Of a DNA stretch of 35,991 bases, positions 26,865 to 35,534 are shown piece by piece. The stretch is from NCBI GenBank assembly GCA_013152195.1, contig JAADGU010000011.1:1-35991 (forward strand). Reading direction: 5' to 3'. Source of the stretch: Nitrospirota bacterium (GTDB taxonomy: Bacteria > Nitrospirota > Thermodesulfovibrionia > Thermodesulfovibrionales > JdFR-85). Made by a program: the position numbers and the translations under genes. Each line of letters begins with the position of its first letter. Within the stretch, counting starts at the first letter, position 1. A model generated the notes under the pieces. That model was not told the DNA's origin. It ran no database searches and saw only the letters and a program-made list of their open reading frames with translations.

Positions 26865-28982
26865 CTATCCCTTTGTCTTTCCTTTGGCCTCTTCCCGAAG
26901 GGCTTCTTTTCTGCTTAACTTGAGTCTTCCCATATCATCAATCTCTATGACCTTGACAGGGAATTCATCACCGTAATTAATCACGTCTGTAACCTTCCCA
27001 ACCCGTTCATCTGATATCTGGGAAATATGCAAGAGCCCTTCCACTCCGGGCAGTACTTCAACAAAGGCACCGAAGTCTACAACTTTTTTGACCTTTCCCA
27101 TATATATCCTGCCAACCTCTACATCCTGAACAATTCCTTCTATAATTTCTTTTGCCTTCATGGCGGATGCCTCGTCAGCAGATGCAATGTTGATAAGCCC
27201 TGTATCATCTATGTCGATTTTTACGCCAGTCTGTTCAGTTATTCCCCTGATTACCTTCCCCCCTACGCCAATTACATCCCTTATCTTTTCCGGCTTGATC
27301 TGCAGGGTATATATTCTTGGTGCATTGGGAGCGAGATTCTTTCGGGGCTCAGGCAGTGTCTCGTTCATCTTCTCCAGTATGTGGAATCTTCCAGCTCTTG
27401 CCTGTTCAAGTGCCGACTCCATTATCTCCCTGGTTATACCGCTTATCTTCACGTCCATCTGAAATGCGGTTACGCCTTTTTTTGTTCCTGTAACCTTGAA
27501 ATCCATATCTCCAAGGTGGTCTTCAAGCCCCAGTATATCCGAGAGTATTACGGTCTTGTCACTTTCGTGTATGAGTCCCATTGCAATGCCGGCCACAGGT
27601 GTTTCAATGGGTACACCTGCGTCCATGAGAGCAAGGGTTGCACCACAGACTGTTGCCATGGATGATGAACCATTCGATTCCAGGATATCAGAGACTATCC
27701 GTATGGTATACGGGAACTTTTCCTTGGAGGGTATCACCGGCTTCAGTGACTTCTCCGCAAGTGCGCCGTGACCGATCTCTCTCCTGCCGGTGAATCCCAG
27801 TCGCTTTACCTCACCGACACTGAAGGGCGGGAAATTGTAGTGGAGCATGAAGGATTTAAATGTTTCACCTTCAAGTGCGTCTATCCTTTGCTCATCCGCT
27901 GATGTGCCAAGGGTAACTGCCACAAGCGCCTGGGTCTCGCCCCTGACAAAGAGGGCTGAACCATGCACTTTTGGCAGGAAACCAACCTTGCCGTATATGT
28001 GTCTTATGTCCTCAGGCTTTCTTCCGTCGGTTCTCACACCTTCGTCTATGATCATCCTCCTGACGAGGTCTTTTTCAATGTCATGGAATATCCCTGATAT
28101 CTCTTTTGCCCTGTCCCCTTCTTCAGAAGTGAACTTTTCAATTGCTTCCTCAAGCAGGAGGTCCAGGATTTCCTGTCTCTTCATCTTCGATGGTATCCTG
28201 ACAGCCTCTTTCATCCTGTCAATTACAAAAGACCTGACGTTTTCTTTGAGTGTCCCGTCAATTTCTACTGGATTAATTTTCCTCTTGGGTTTGCCGCATA
28301 CCTCTGCAAGCTTTCTCTGAATTGTGTTTATCTTTTTTATCTCTTCATGCGCAACATCTATTGCCTCAAGAACAATCTCCTCTGATACCTCAATTGCGCT
28401 GCCTTCAACCATCATGACTGCGTCATCTGTTCCGGCTACAACAAAGTTCAGATCCATATTCTCAAGTTCTTCCAGGGATGGTAATACCACAAACTCTCCG
28501 TCGATCCTTCCGACCCTTACTGCTGATACAGGACCGTCAAAGGGTATATCCGATATCATAAGGGCAGTGGAGACCCCTATGATTCCAAGGATATCCGATA
28601 CGTTTTCATCACCAAACGAAATGACCGATGCTATACCCTGTGTCTCTGAACGGAAACCATCGGGGAAGAGTGGTCTGATGGGTCTGTCGATCAGACGGGA
28701 TGCAAGCACTTCTTTCTCGGAAGGCTTTCCTTCCCTCTTGAAAAATCCCCCTGGAATCTTTCCTGCTGCGTATGCCTTTTCCTGGTAATCAATTGTTAAC
28801 GGAAAGAAATCAAGGTCTTTTCTTTCCCTTTTCGAAGCTACTGCTGTAGCAAGAACCACAGTGTCACCGTAGCTTATTAAAGCCGAACCATCAGATTGTT
28901 TTGCAAGCTCCCCTGTTTCAATTATAAGCTGATGTTCTCTGATCTCATGTTTTTCTCTGTGTGGAGCGTCCATTCCTGACAT
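26865..28982 (-). CDS. pnp: Polyribonucleotide nucleotidyltransferase (PNPase)
   Basis: FFPLTIDY.E..YAAGKIPGGF, RREIGHG, ESNGSSSMA, GDMDFKV, KH and S1 domains. ATG 28982 follows GAGGTG; GTG 28994 is an alternative. Confidence 0.98.
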   Translation of the reverse strand: MSGMDAPHREKHEIREHQLIIETGELAKQSDGSALISYGDTVVLATAVASKRERKDLDFFPLTIDYQEKAYAAGKIPGGFFKREGKPSEKEVLASRLIDRPIRPLFPDGFRSETQGIASVISFGDENVSDILGIIGVSTALMISDIPFDGPVSAVRVGRIDGEFVVLPSLEELENMDLNFVVAGTDDAVMMVEGSAIEVSEEIVLEAIDVAHEEIKKINTIQRKLAEVCGKPKRKINPVEIDGTLKENVRSFVIDRMKEAVRIPSKMKRQEILDLLLEEAIEKFTSEEGDRAKEISGIFHDIEKDLVRRMIIDEGVRTDGRKPEDIRHIYGKVGFLPKVHGSALFVRGETQALVAVTLGTSADEQRIDALEGETFKSFMLHYNFPPFSVGEVKRLGFTGRREIGHGALAEKSLKPVIPSKEKFPYTIRIVSDILESNGSSSMATVCGATLALMDAGVPIETPVAGIAMGLIHESDKTVILSDILGLEDHLGDMDFKVTGTKKGVTAFQMDVKISGITREIMESALEQARAGRFHILEKMNETLPEPRKNLAPNAPRIYTLQIKPEKIRDVIGVGGKVIRGITEQTGVKIDIDDTGLINIASADEASAMKAKEIIEGIVQDVEVGRIYMGKVKKVVDFGAFVEVLPGVEGLLHISQISDERVGKVTDVINYGDEFPVKVIEIDDMGRLKLSRKEALREEAKGKTKG

Positions 28983-28996
28983 GTAAGTTGTCACCT

Positions 28997-29269
28997 CTAC
29001 TTTCTTAATCCTAAGCGCTCAATGAGCTTCTCATACCGCTGTTTGTCGCTGGTTTTCAGGTAGTTAAGGAGTTTTCTCCTCTGGGATACCAGCTTCAGTA
29101 ATCCCCGCCTTGAATGATGGTCCTTTTTATGGACCTTGAAATGCTCTGTGAGATAAGTTATTCTCTCTGTAAGCAAGGCTACCTGAACCTCCGGTGAACC
29201 AGTATCCTTTGCGTGTACCTTGAATGCTTCGATAATGCCGTCTTTTTTCTCTTTTGTGAGAGGCACCAT
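28997..29269 (-). CDS. rpsO: 30S ribosomal protein S15
   Basis: [31 protein letters not shown]. Confidence 0.98.
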   Translation of the reverse strand: MVPLTKEKKDGIIEAFKVHAKDTGSPEVQVALLTERITYLTEHFKVHKKDHHSRRGLLKLVSQRRKLLNYLKTSDKQRYEKLIERLGLRK

Positions 29270-29292
29270 ATCACCCCTTTCTTTAAATTATT

Positions 29293-29340
29293 AGAGAGCC
29301 GTGCACAAATTGTGAACAGAATAATTGTGTGACGGTCTCT
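29293..29340 (-). promoter_or_regulatory. Long imperfect hairpin in the rpsO 5' leader (candidate S15 autoregulatory element)
   Basis: mRNA AGAGACCGUCACACAAUU-loop-AAUUUGUGCACGGCUCUCU ends about 24 nt before the start codon. Confidence 0.5.
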
Positions 29341-29427
29341 TTATTGATTTTATTAACCTGAGTTAAAATAGTCTGCCTTAAAGGATAGCATAGTAGCTAT
29401 TGAGATGTAAAGGATATCAGGGGCGTC

Positions 29428-31401
29428 CTAAACCCTGTTCCTCACAAGCTCCTCTACAACAGAAGGATCAGCAAGTGTTGAGATATCACCAAGGTCCCCG
29501 GTCTCTCCGCCTGCAATCTTTCTGAGTATCCTCCTCATTATCTTGCCGCTGCGGGTCTTTGGCAATCCCGGGGTGAACTGTATCCTGTCCGGTTTTGCTA
29601 TTGGACCGATCAGCTTTCTTACATGATTCTTGAGTGATTCCTCAAGTGCCTTATCGGACTGGACCCCTTCCTGCAGCACAACAAAGGCATATATTCCCTC
29701 CCCCTTTATTTCATGGGGATAACCAACCACTGCAGCTTCTGCCACTTTTTCATGGCTTACAAGGGCTGACTCGACCTCTGCAGTCCCTATCCTGTGGCCT
29801 GAGACGTTCAGGACGTCATCTATCCTGCCCATCAGCCAGAAATCTCCGTCTTCGTCAATCCTTGCCCCATCTCCTGTAAAGTATCTGCCGGGGAACCTGC
29901 TGAAATAAACCTCTTTGAATCTTTTTCCATCAATATCTCCGAACATACCCCTTAATATGCCGGGCCAGGGTTTTTCAATGACAAGATATCCGCCTTCGTT
30001 TGTCTCGGCAGGTGTACCATCTTCTTTAAGTATATTCGGCACCACTCCGGGGAAGGGCCTGTTTGCAGAGCCGGGTTTCAGTGTCATGGCTCCCGGCAGG
30101 GGTGTTATGAGAATTCCGCCTGTTTCTGTCTGCCACCAAGTGTCCACAATGGGAAGCTTCTCCTTCCCCACATGGGTGTGATACCACATCCATGCCTCGG
30201 GATTTATCGGCTCTCCAACTGTACCAAGGAGCCTGAGGCTTGAGAGGTCATGCTGGTGTACCCACTGCTCTCCCTCCCTCATCAACGCCCTTATTACAGT
30301 GGGCGCAGTGTAGATTATGTTAACCTGGTGTTTATCAACTATATCCCAGAATCTGCCCGGGTCAGGATAGTTTGGCACTCCTTCGAACATAAGAGATGTA
30401 GCCCCGGCAGAGAGGGGGCCATAGACAATGTAGCTGTGGCCTGTTATCCATCCAATGTCTGCTGTGCAGAAATGAATGTCTTCATCGTGATAATCAAAGA
30501 TCCATTTGAAGGTGAGGTTTGTATATAAAAGGTAGCCGCCTGTTGTATGCAGGACCCCTTTTGGTTTTCCTGTTGACCCGGATGTGTAGAGTATAAAGAG
30601 GGGGTCCTCGGCATCCATCTGCTCGGGTTCACAGTAGTTGGAGATATCCTTTGCTGCCATTTCTTCATGCCACCAGTAGTCCCTTCCGGCCTCCATGCTC
30701 ACATCCCCGGATGACCTCCTGACAACTATTGTCTTTTCTACAGTTGGACAGTCAATCAATGCCTCATCAGCATTTGCCTTCAGTGGCACCTTTTTCCCGG
30801 CCCTTATTCCCTCGTCTGCAGTGATGACGAGCTTTGCCTCACAGTCGTTTATCCTGTCCCTGAGAGATTTGGATGAGAAGCCGCCAAAGACGATACTGTG
30901 AATAGCCCCGATTCTTGCGCAGGCAAGCATGGCTATTGCCAGCTCGGGAACCATGGAGAGGTAGATCGTCACCCTGTCGCCCCTGCCGATTCCGTGTTTT
31001 TTCAGGACATTGGCGAACCTGTTGACTTCATGGTAAAGCTGCTGGTACGTGTAGGTCCTGTAATGGCCTTCATCCGACTCCCAGATTATGGCTGCCTTAT
31101 TCCTCAAAGGGGTGCTGATGTACCTGTCAAGACAGTTGTATGAGGCATTCAGTTTTCCGCCGGCAAACCATTTTACAAAGGGTTTCTCAAAGTCATACTC
31201 AAGCACCCTGTCCCATTTTTTGAACCAGGAGAGATTTTTCTCTGCCATCTCTGCCCAGAATCCCTCGGGGTCTTCCACAGAGCGGCGATAGATAGCCTCA
31301 TATTCAGCCATGTTCTTGATATGGGCCTTACGTGAAAACTCCTCAGATGGTGGAAAAGTCCTCTGTTCATCAAGTAAGACAGAAATCCCCTTTTCTGACA
31401 T
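29428..31401 (-). CDS. acs: Acetyl-CoA synthetase (AMP-forming)
   Basis: [45 protein letters not shown]; GGAGG ribosome-binding site. Confidence 0.97.
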   Translation of the reverse strand: MSEKGISVLLDEQRTFPPSEEFSRKAHIKNMAEYEAIYRRSVEDPEGFWAEMAEKNLSWFKKWDRVLEYDFEKPFVKWFAGGKLNASYNCLDRYISTPLRNKAAIIWESDEGHYRTYTYQQLYHEVNRFANVLKKHGIGRGDRVTIYLSMVPELAIAMLACARIGAIHSIVFGGFSSKSLRDRINDCEAKLVITADEGIRAGKKVPLKANADEALIDCPTVEKTIVVRRSSGDVSMEAGRDYWWHEEMAAKDISNYCEPEQMDAEDPLFILYTSGSTGKPKGVLHTTGGYLLYTNLTFKWIFDYHDEDIHFCTADIGWITGHSYIVYGPLSAGATSLMFEGVPNYPDPGRFWDIVDKHQVNIIYTAPTVIRALMREGEQWVHQHDLSSLRLLGTVGEPINPEAWMWYHTHVGKEKLPIVDTWWQTETGGILITPLPGAMTLKPGSANRPFPGVVPNILKEDGTPAETNEGGYLVIEKPWPGILRGMFGDIDGKRFKEVYFSRFPGRYFTGDGARIDEDGDFWLMGRIDDVLNVSGHRIGTAEVESALVSHEKVAEAAVVGYPHEIKGEGIYAFVVLQEGVQSDKALEESLKNHVRKLIGPIAKPDRIQFTPGLPKTRSGKIMRRILRKIAGGETGDLGDISTLADPSVVEELVRNRV

Positions 31402-31728
31402 CGTGACCTCCTTGTTTAGTAAATCAGAGATATACTTTTTAATACTTTAGCAGAAATTACCGTTTGGTTCCTCTATTTTATAGGATGGATTTGTTTTTTT
31501 TCTCATTTTTTTGTTTTTTGTGATAAAATTTTTCTGTAGTACCGGTTCCAATAACCCTGCATATCTTGATTCGGGTTATAGAAAGGTATAACAGTCTGTG
31601 ATATAATCGAATTATGCGGTATGAGAGTCTTCTCCTGAGGGGGCACAGGGGGAAGGAGATTTCACTCGTGGTCATCTGTGAATGCGGTTAAAAAACAAGG
31701 AGCTTGCACGAGATCCTGGGGGGGTAGA

Positions 31729-32853
31729 GTGAACAGTGGTTTGAATCACAGGAAAAAAGGCTTCAGAATTCTCATTGTCGATAGTGATGAAGAAGATATA
31801 AAACTCTTGAGGTCATTTTGTGAAGATCATGGGTATGAAACAATTGTAGCCAGAAATAGCCATGAGGCCGTGGAGCAGACTCTTCAGCACTTACCAGACC
31901 TTATACTTATGGATGAGATGATGCCTGAAATGAAAGGGATTGAGATTGCGGAGAGACTCAAATCCCATGAGCTTACCGGGCATATCCCTATTGTTATACT
32001 CTCAACCCCTGATTCATCACTGGAACGCAGTGCAGGTATTGCCAGAGGTGTTGATGACTTTCTTTTAAAACCCGTCGATTCAGTTGAATTTACCCTGAGA
32101 GTGAAGAATCTGTTGAAGCTCAAGGAGTGCCGTGATTTCTTAAGACAGCATAAGCGGATACTTGAGGACCAGGTGGCAGAGAAGATAAAGGCTTTTGAGG
32201 GGGCGTTTGAGAGACTTGAAAAGGTATACAGGAGGATCAGGACAGGGTATGCTGAGACAGTTTTCAGGCTCACCCTTGCCTCTGAGTACAAGGATGAAGA
32301 CTCAGGAGCGCATATAAAAAGGATCAGTTTGTATACAAAGGTGCTTGCATCTGCTCTGGGTATGAGCAAGGAGTATATAGAGACTATTTATTATGCTTCA
32401 CCAATGCATGACATAGGGAAAGTGGGGATTCCCGAGAGAGTTCTTCTCAAAAAGGGAGGCCTCACTCCTGAAGAATGGGAGATCGTAAAGACCCACACCA
32501 CTATTGGAGCGCAGATTCTCAGGAATTCAAACTCCCCTTACCTGAGGATGGCTGAGGAGATTGCCCTTACCCATCACGAAAGATGGGACGGGAGCGGTTA
32601 TCCAAAAGGGCTTAAAGGTGAGAAGATTCCGGTATCAGGAAGGATAATGAACATCGTGGACCAGTATGATGCATTGAGGAGCAGAAGACCCTACAAGCCG
32701 GTAATGGACCATGAGAGCGTTGTCAATATCCTTACTGCCGGGGATGTCAAAAGCATGCCGAAACATTTTGATCCACAGGTTTTTGAGGCCTTCATGAGGT
32801 CATCCGAGATGTTCAGGGAGATTTATGAGGCACGCAGGGATGATCTTGGCTGA
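31729..32853 (+). CDS. REC + HD-GYP response regulator (RpfG-like c-di-GMP phosphodiesterase)
   Basis: REC domain (DLILMDEMMP, FLLKP), MHDIGK, HHERWDGSGYP, DQYDAL.S.RPYK. Start uncertain: GTG 31729 after a G-rich SD; ORF track gives 31678. Confidence 0.92.
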   Translation: MNSGLNHRKKGFRILIVDSDEEDIKLLRSFCEDHGYETIVARNSHEAVEQTLQHLPDLILMDEMMPEMKGIEIAERLKSHELTGHIPIVILSTPDSSLERSAGIARGVDDFLLKPVDSVEFTLRVKNLLKLKECRDFLRQHKRILEDQVAEKIKAFEGAFERLEKVYRRIRTGYAETVFRLTLASEYKDEDSGAHIKRISLYTKVLASALGMSKEYIETIYYASPMHDIGKVGIPERVLLKKGGLTPEEWEIVKTHTTIGAQILRNSNSPYLRMAEEIALTHHERWDGSGYPKGLKGEKIPVSGRIMNIVDQYDALRSRRPYKPVMDHESVVNILTAGDVKSMPKHFDPQVFEAFMRSSEMFREIYEARRDDLG

Positions 32854-32859
32854 AAAACA

Positions 32860-32883
32860 GGAGACATGAACCGGCTGTCTCCA
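32860..32883 (+). terminator. Possible terminator hairpin after the HD-GYP gene
   Basis: GGAGACA-N9-TGTCTCC followed by ATGTTTAT. Confidence 0.35.
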
Positions 32884-32936
32884 TGTTTATGATATAAATC
32901 ATGGGTCTTTCCCGGATATCATGGTATAATCAGACT

Positions 32937-33191
32937 ATGAGTAACTTTAATGAAGGATGTCCCGGCAGCGTAGAGATAAAGAGCCCGTTTCCCGAGGAGA
33001 TAATCTGCCTCTTTTGCGGCAGTACGGTCGAAATATGGTCGGACGAGACCGAGGCTGTATGTGGTAAGTGCGGGAAAGTTGTTACAAGGGATATGAGGCA
33101 AACATGTCTTGACTGGTGTCCTGCTGCGAAGGAGTGTGTAGGGGCTGAAAAGTACGAACGGCTCATGAAAAAGAAGAAGAAAGGCGAGTAA
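32937..33191 (+). CDS. Small 8-cysteine metal-binding protein (zinc ribbon-like)
   Basis: CPG, CxxC, CxxC, CxxxCxxxxxC and a basic tail; ATG 32937 (ORF track gives 32901). Confidence 0.75.
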   Translation: MSNFNEGCPGSVEIKSPFPEEIICLFCGSTVEIWSDETEAVCGKCGKVVTRDMRQTCLDWCPAAKECVGAEKYERLMKKKKKGE

Positions 33192-33222
33192 CTCCTCCAT
33201 TGTATAGACATATGTTCCTGTT

Positions 33223-33822
33223 TCAGGACCTTTCTTTTAACTCTTTTATCGCCTGTTTTACCTCCTGGGTGTCAGGGACATCAGGAGCGAGTTTGAGGTA
33301 TGTCTCAAACTCGGTGATTGCCTCCTCTGTCATGCCCAGATCATAAGCCAGCACAATACCGAGATTTCTGTGTGCATAAACGTTTTTGGGGTCATAACTC
33401 AATGCCTTTCTGTATTCCCCGGCAGCCCTCTCAGGGTCTCCCGAGTTTCTGTAGCATGTGCCCAGGTCTACCCTTACGTCTACATTCTCAGGGTTTATCT
33501 CGAGTATTTTTTCATAAACATCTATTGCTTCCCTGAACCTGCCTGTATCCATAAGGATGTTTCCAAGTTCGATCCGGACATTAAGGTCAGCAGGTTCTTT
33601 CCTTACGATCTCCCTCAGCCTTTTTATATCAGAGTCAACACTGACGGGTGAATGACTGAGCCCTTCCAGTGGAGGAATCTCTTTAGGTGTGTCAGACTTT
33701 TCCTTACAGGAAGATATAAACAGTATGATGACAAGGATGACTAAGAGAGGGAAACCCTTATGGCGCAAACATCCTTGTGCAGAAAATGGAACAGCAGGAT
33801 TTATCAGACCACTTTTACACAT
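33223..33822 (-). CDS. TPR-repeat lipoprotein
   Basis: Basic residues plus a hydrophobic stretch ending ISSC (lipobox-like); TPRs ELGNILMDTGRFREAI, DLGTCY, NLGIVL; start uncertain. Confidence 0.85.
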   Translation of the reverse strand: MCKSGLINPAVPFSAQGCLRHKGFPLLVILVIILFISSCKEKSDTPKEIPPLEGLSHSPVSVDSDIKRLREIVRKEPADLNVRIELGNILMDTGRFREAIDVYEKILEINPENVDVRVDLGTCYRNSGDPERAAGEYRKALSYDPKNVYAHRNLGIVLAYDLGMTEEAITEFETYLKLAPDVPDTQEVKQAIKELKERS

Positions 33823-33981
33823 TGGCAGAATATTATAACACAGTAAATTGTATTACGGCTATTTAACCGGATTCCTCAAACCTCCGGCCGGGAGTTTTCT
33901 TTATTTTTATTTTGTTTCGGGGTATAATTGTTATATACAGCAGTTTCTTCGGGGGTAAGTCTTGATTCAGGGGGGAGAAAG

Positions 33982-34737
33982 ATGAATCCGTGTTTTACAC
34001 GCTGCTTATCCAGGGAAGATGCCGTTTATCTTCTTGAGCTGATCCACGAGAGTCTTTCCTGTAATACAAAAGAGGAACTGGCGGAACTAATGAAGAAACT
34101 GGGAGACCTGGTTCCATACGACTTTGCCATTTGCCTGCTTGGTAAAAAGGAGGTTGGCGGTATGGTAAAGATATATAATCCTGTAAACATAAACTATCCT
34201 GCTGAATGGATTGAGCTTTACTTTGAGAGAAATTTTCAGGAGATTGATCCTGTTGCCAAAGAGAACTTTACCCATTTCAGGTTGCAGAGATGGTCTGATA
34301 CGTATAGACTAACTGGCCCTCCTCCGGAATTCCTCTCACTTGCTGAGGATTTTGGACTTGATGAGGGCTATACACACGGGGCGAGGAATTTCAATGCAAC
34401 CAAGGGAAGTCTGTTTTCTCTATCCGGCAGATCAATAGAACATAACAATCGCACTGATGCTATATTAGAACTTATTGTGCCACACTTTCATCAGGTTCTC
34501 GTACGTATTGTAGCCCAGGATGAGAGAAAGAACAGGATTGCTCTTTCTCCAAGAGAAAGAGAAGTGCTCAGCTGGATAAAAGAGGGGAAAAGCACGTGGG
34601 AGATATCAATAATTCTTGGTGTGAGTGAACGAACAGTAAAGTTTCATGTCTGTAATGTCATGCGAAAGCTCGATGCTGTGACCAGGACGCATGCTGTTGC
34701 CATTGCAATTGAGCAACGGTTGATTGATATTGAGTGA
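33982..34737 (+). CDS. luxR: LuxR-family AHL-binding transcriptional regulator
   Basis: Autoinducer-binding residues in NYPAEWIELY (W, Y), IDPV (D, P), RW and EGY (G), plus HTH LSPREREVLSW..EGKSTWEIS.IL..SERTVKFH; ATG 33982 after GGGGAG. Confidence 0.95.
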   Translation: MNPCFTRCLSREDAVYLLELIHESLSCNTKEELAELMKKLGDLVPYDFAICLLGKKEVGGMVKIYNPVNINYPAEWIELYFERNFQEIDPVAKENFTHFRLQRWSDTYRLTGPPPEFLSLAEDFGLDEGYTHGARNFNATKGSLFSLSGRSIEHNNRTDAILELIVPHFHQVLVRIVAQDERKNRIALSPREREVLSWIKEGKSTWEISIILGVSERTVKFHVCNVMRKLDAVTRTHAVAIAIEQRLIDIE

Positions 34738-35407
34738 ACCATCTCATCATTTCCGGCCGTTTTGCTGAACTCAGGATTTCAAATTCTCTCCAGTCCAATA
34801 CTACTGCCATGGCAGTAACACCGTCAGGCATTGCCTTTGGGCTGCCTATCAATTTGTATGGAAACCCCTTTGCACAAAATAGTCTGAAGACCTTCTCTTC
34901 TGTAACTGCATAAAGATATCGTATGCCATTCTTAATGCACCAGTGATAGATACCTTTAAAGAGAAATGTGCTGATGTCGTGGATTCCGTAATTGCCTTTA
35001 ACCTTGGCATTTCTGGCCTCAGGTGCTACGCAGAGTCTCGAGATTTCCGCCCTGTTGCTCTTCCTCTTGATCTTGTGATCAGGCCCAACGAGTGATAGAA
35101 ATTCCTTCTCCAGCATGAAAGGCTTTTCAGACGTTATTAGTCTGAGATATGCTAATAGCCTGTTCTCTCTGTCAAGTACACCAAAGAAGACTGCATGGTT
35201 ATCATATTCATCGATTTCCAGGAGCACTTCACTTTCACTTACCCACCTTAACTCCTGACAAAATATCCTGTATCGTAAGTGATGTGCCTGGATTTTCTCT
35301 CTCTCATATTCCAGGTTTTTGACAATAATATCCCCCTCGCAGATTAGGATAAAAGAGTCAGCCGGGTTTCTGGTGTTGTTCCAGCTGTTGCTTTTAAACG
35401 GTAATAT
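34658..35407 (-). CDS. luxI: LuxI-family acyl-homoserine lactone synthase (non-canonical or lost start codon)
   Basis: Manual translation: frame open from 35419 and includes LRYRIFCQELRW (R, F, W), EIDEYD, LRL, FML..EF, EISRL. The first canonical start (GTG 35227) lies downstream of the first motif; ATA at 35407 has a purine-rich SD. Confidence 0.9.
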   Translation of the reverse strand: MLPFKSNSWNNTRNPADSFILICEGDIIVKNLEYEREKIQAHHLRYRIFCQELRWVSESEVLLEIDEYDNHAVFFGVLDRENRLLAYLRLITSEKPFMLEKEFLSLVGPDHKIKRKSNRAEISRLCVAPEARNAKVKGNYGIHDISTFLFKGIYHWCIKNGIRYLYAVTEEKVFRLFCAKGFPYKLIGSPKAMPDGVTAMAVVLDWREFEILSSAKRPEMMRWFTQYQSTVAQLQWQQHASWSQHRAFA

Positions 35408-35445
35408 TTCTCCGCCCCCTCACCTTTATTGAGTATGAACGGGGG

Positions 35446-35485
35446 CATAAAAGTCACCTGTTCTTCTGGACAGGTGACTTTTATG
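35446..35485. promoter_or_regulatory. lux box (35456-35475) within a 40-bp palindrome
   Basis: ACCTGT-TCTTCTGG-ACAGGT matches the 20-bp lux box ACCTGT-N8-ACAGGT; arms extend to CATAAAAGTCACCTGT / ACAGGTGACTTTTATG (16 bp, perfect). Confidence 0.9.
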
Positions 35486-35534
35486 GTAAAACGTGGTACA
35501 TCTATAGGTAGAGCTGCAAAAGGGGGGCAAGAGT

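Noticed and set aside
159-31373. Numerous antisense or alternate-frame ORFs of 60-230 aa (e.g. 1693-2391, 9388-10011, 12282-12929, 27027-27665)
   Set aside because: They are shadows of well-supported genes and show no domain motifs.
31551-31579. ATAACCC-N15-GGGTTAT dyad between acs and the HD-GYP gene; also looked for a c-di-GMP riboswitch
   Set aside because: Single 7-bp arms could arise by chance, and no GEMM-like motif is recognisable.
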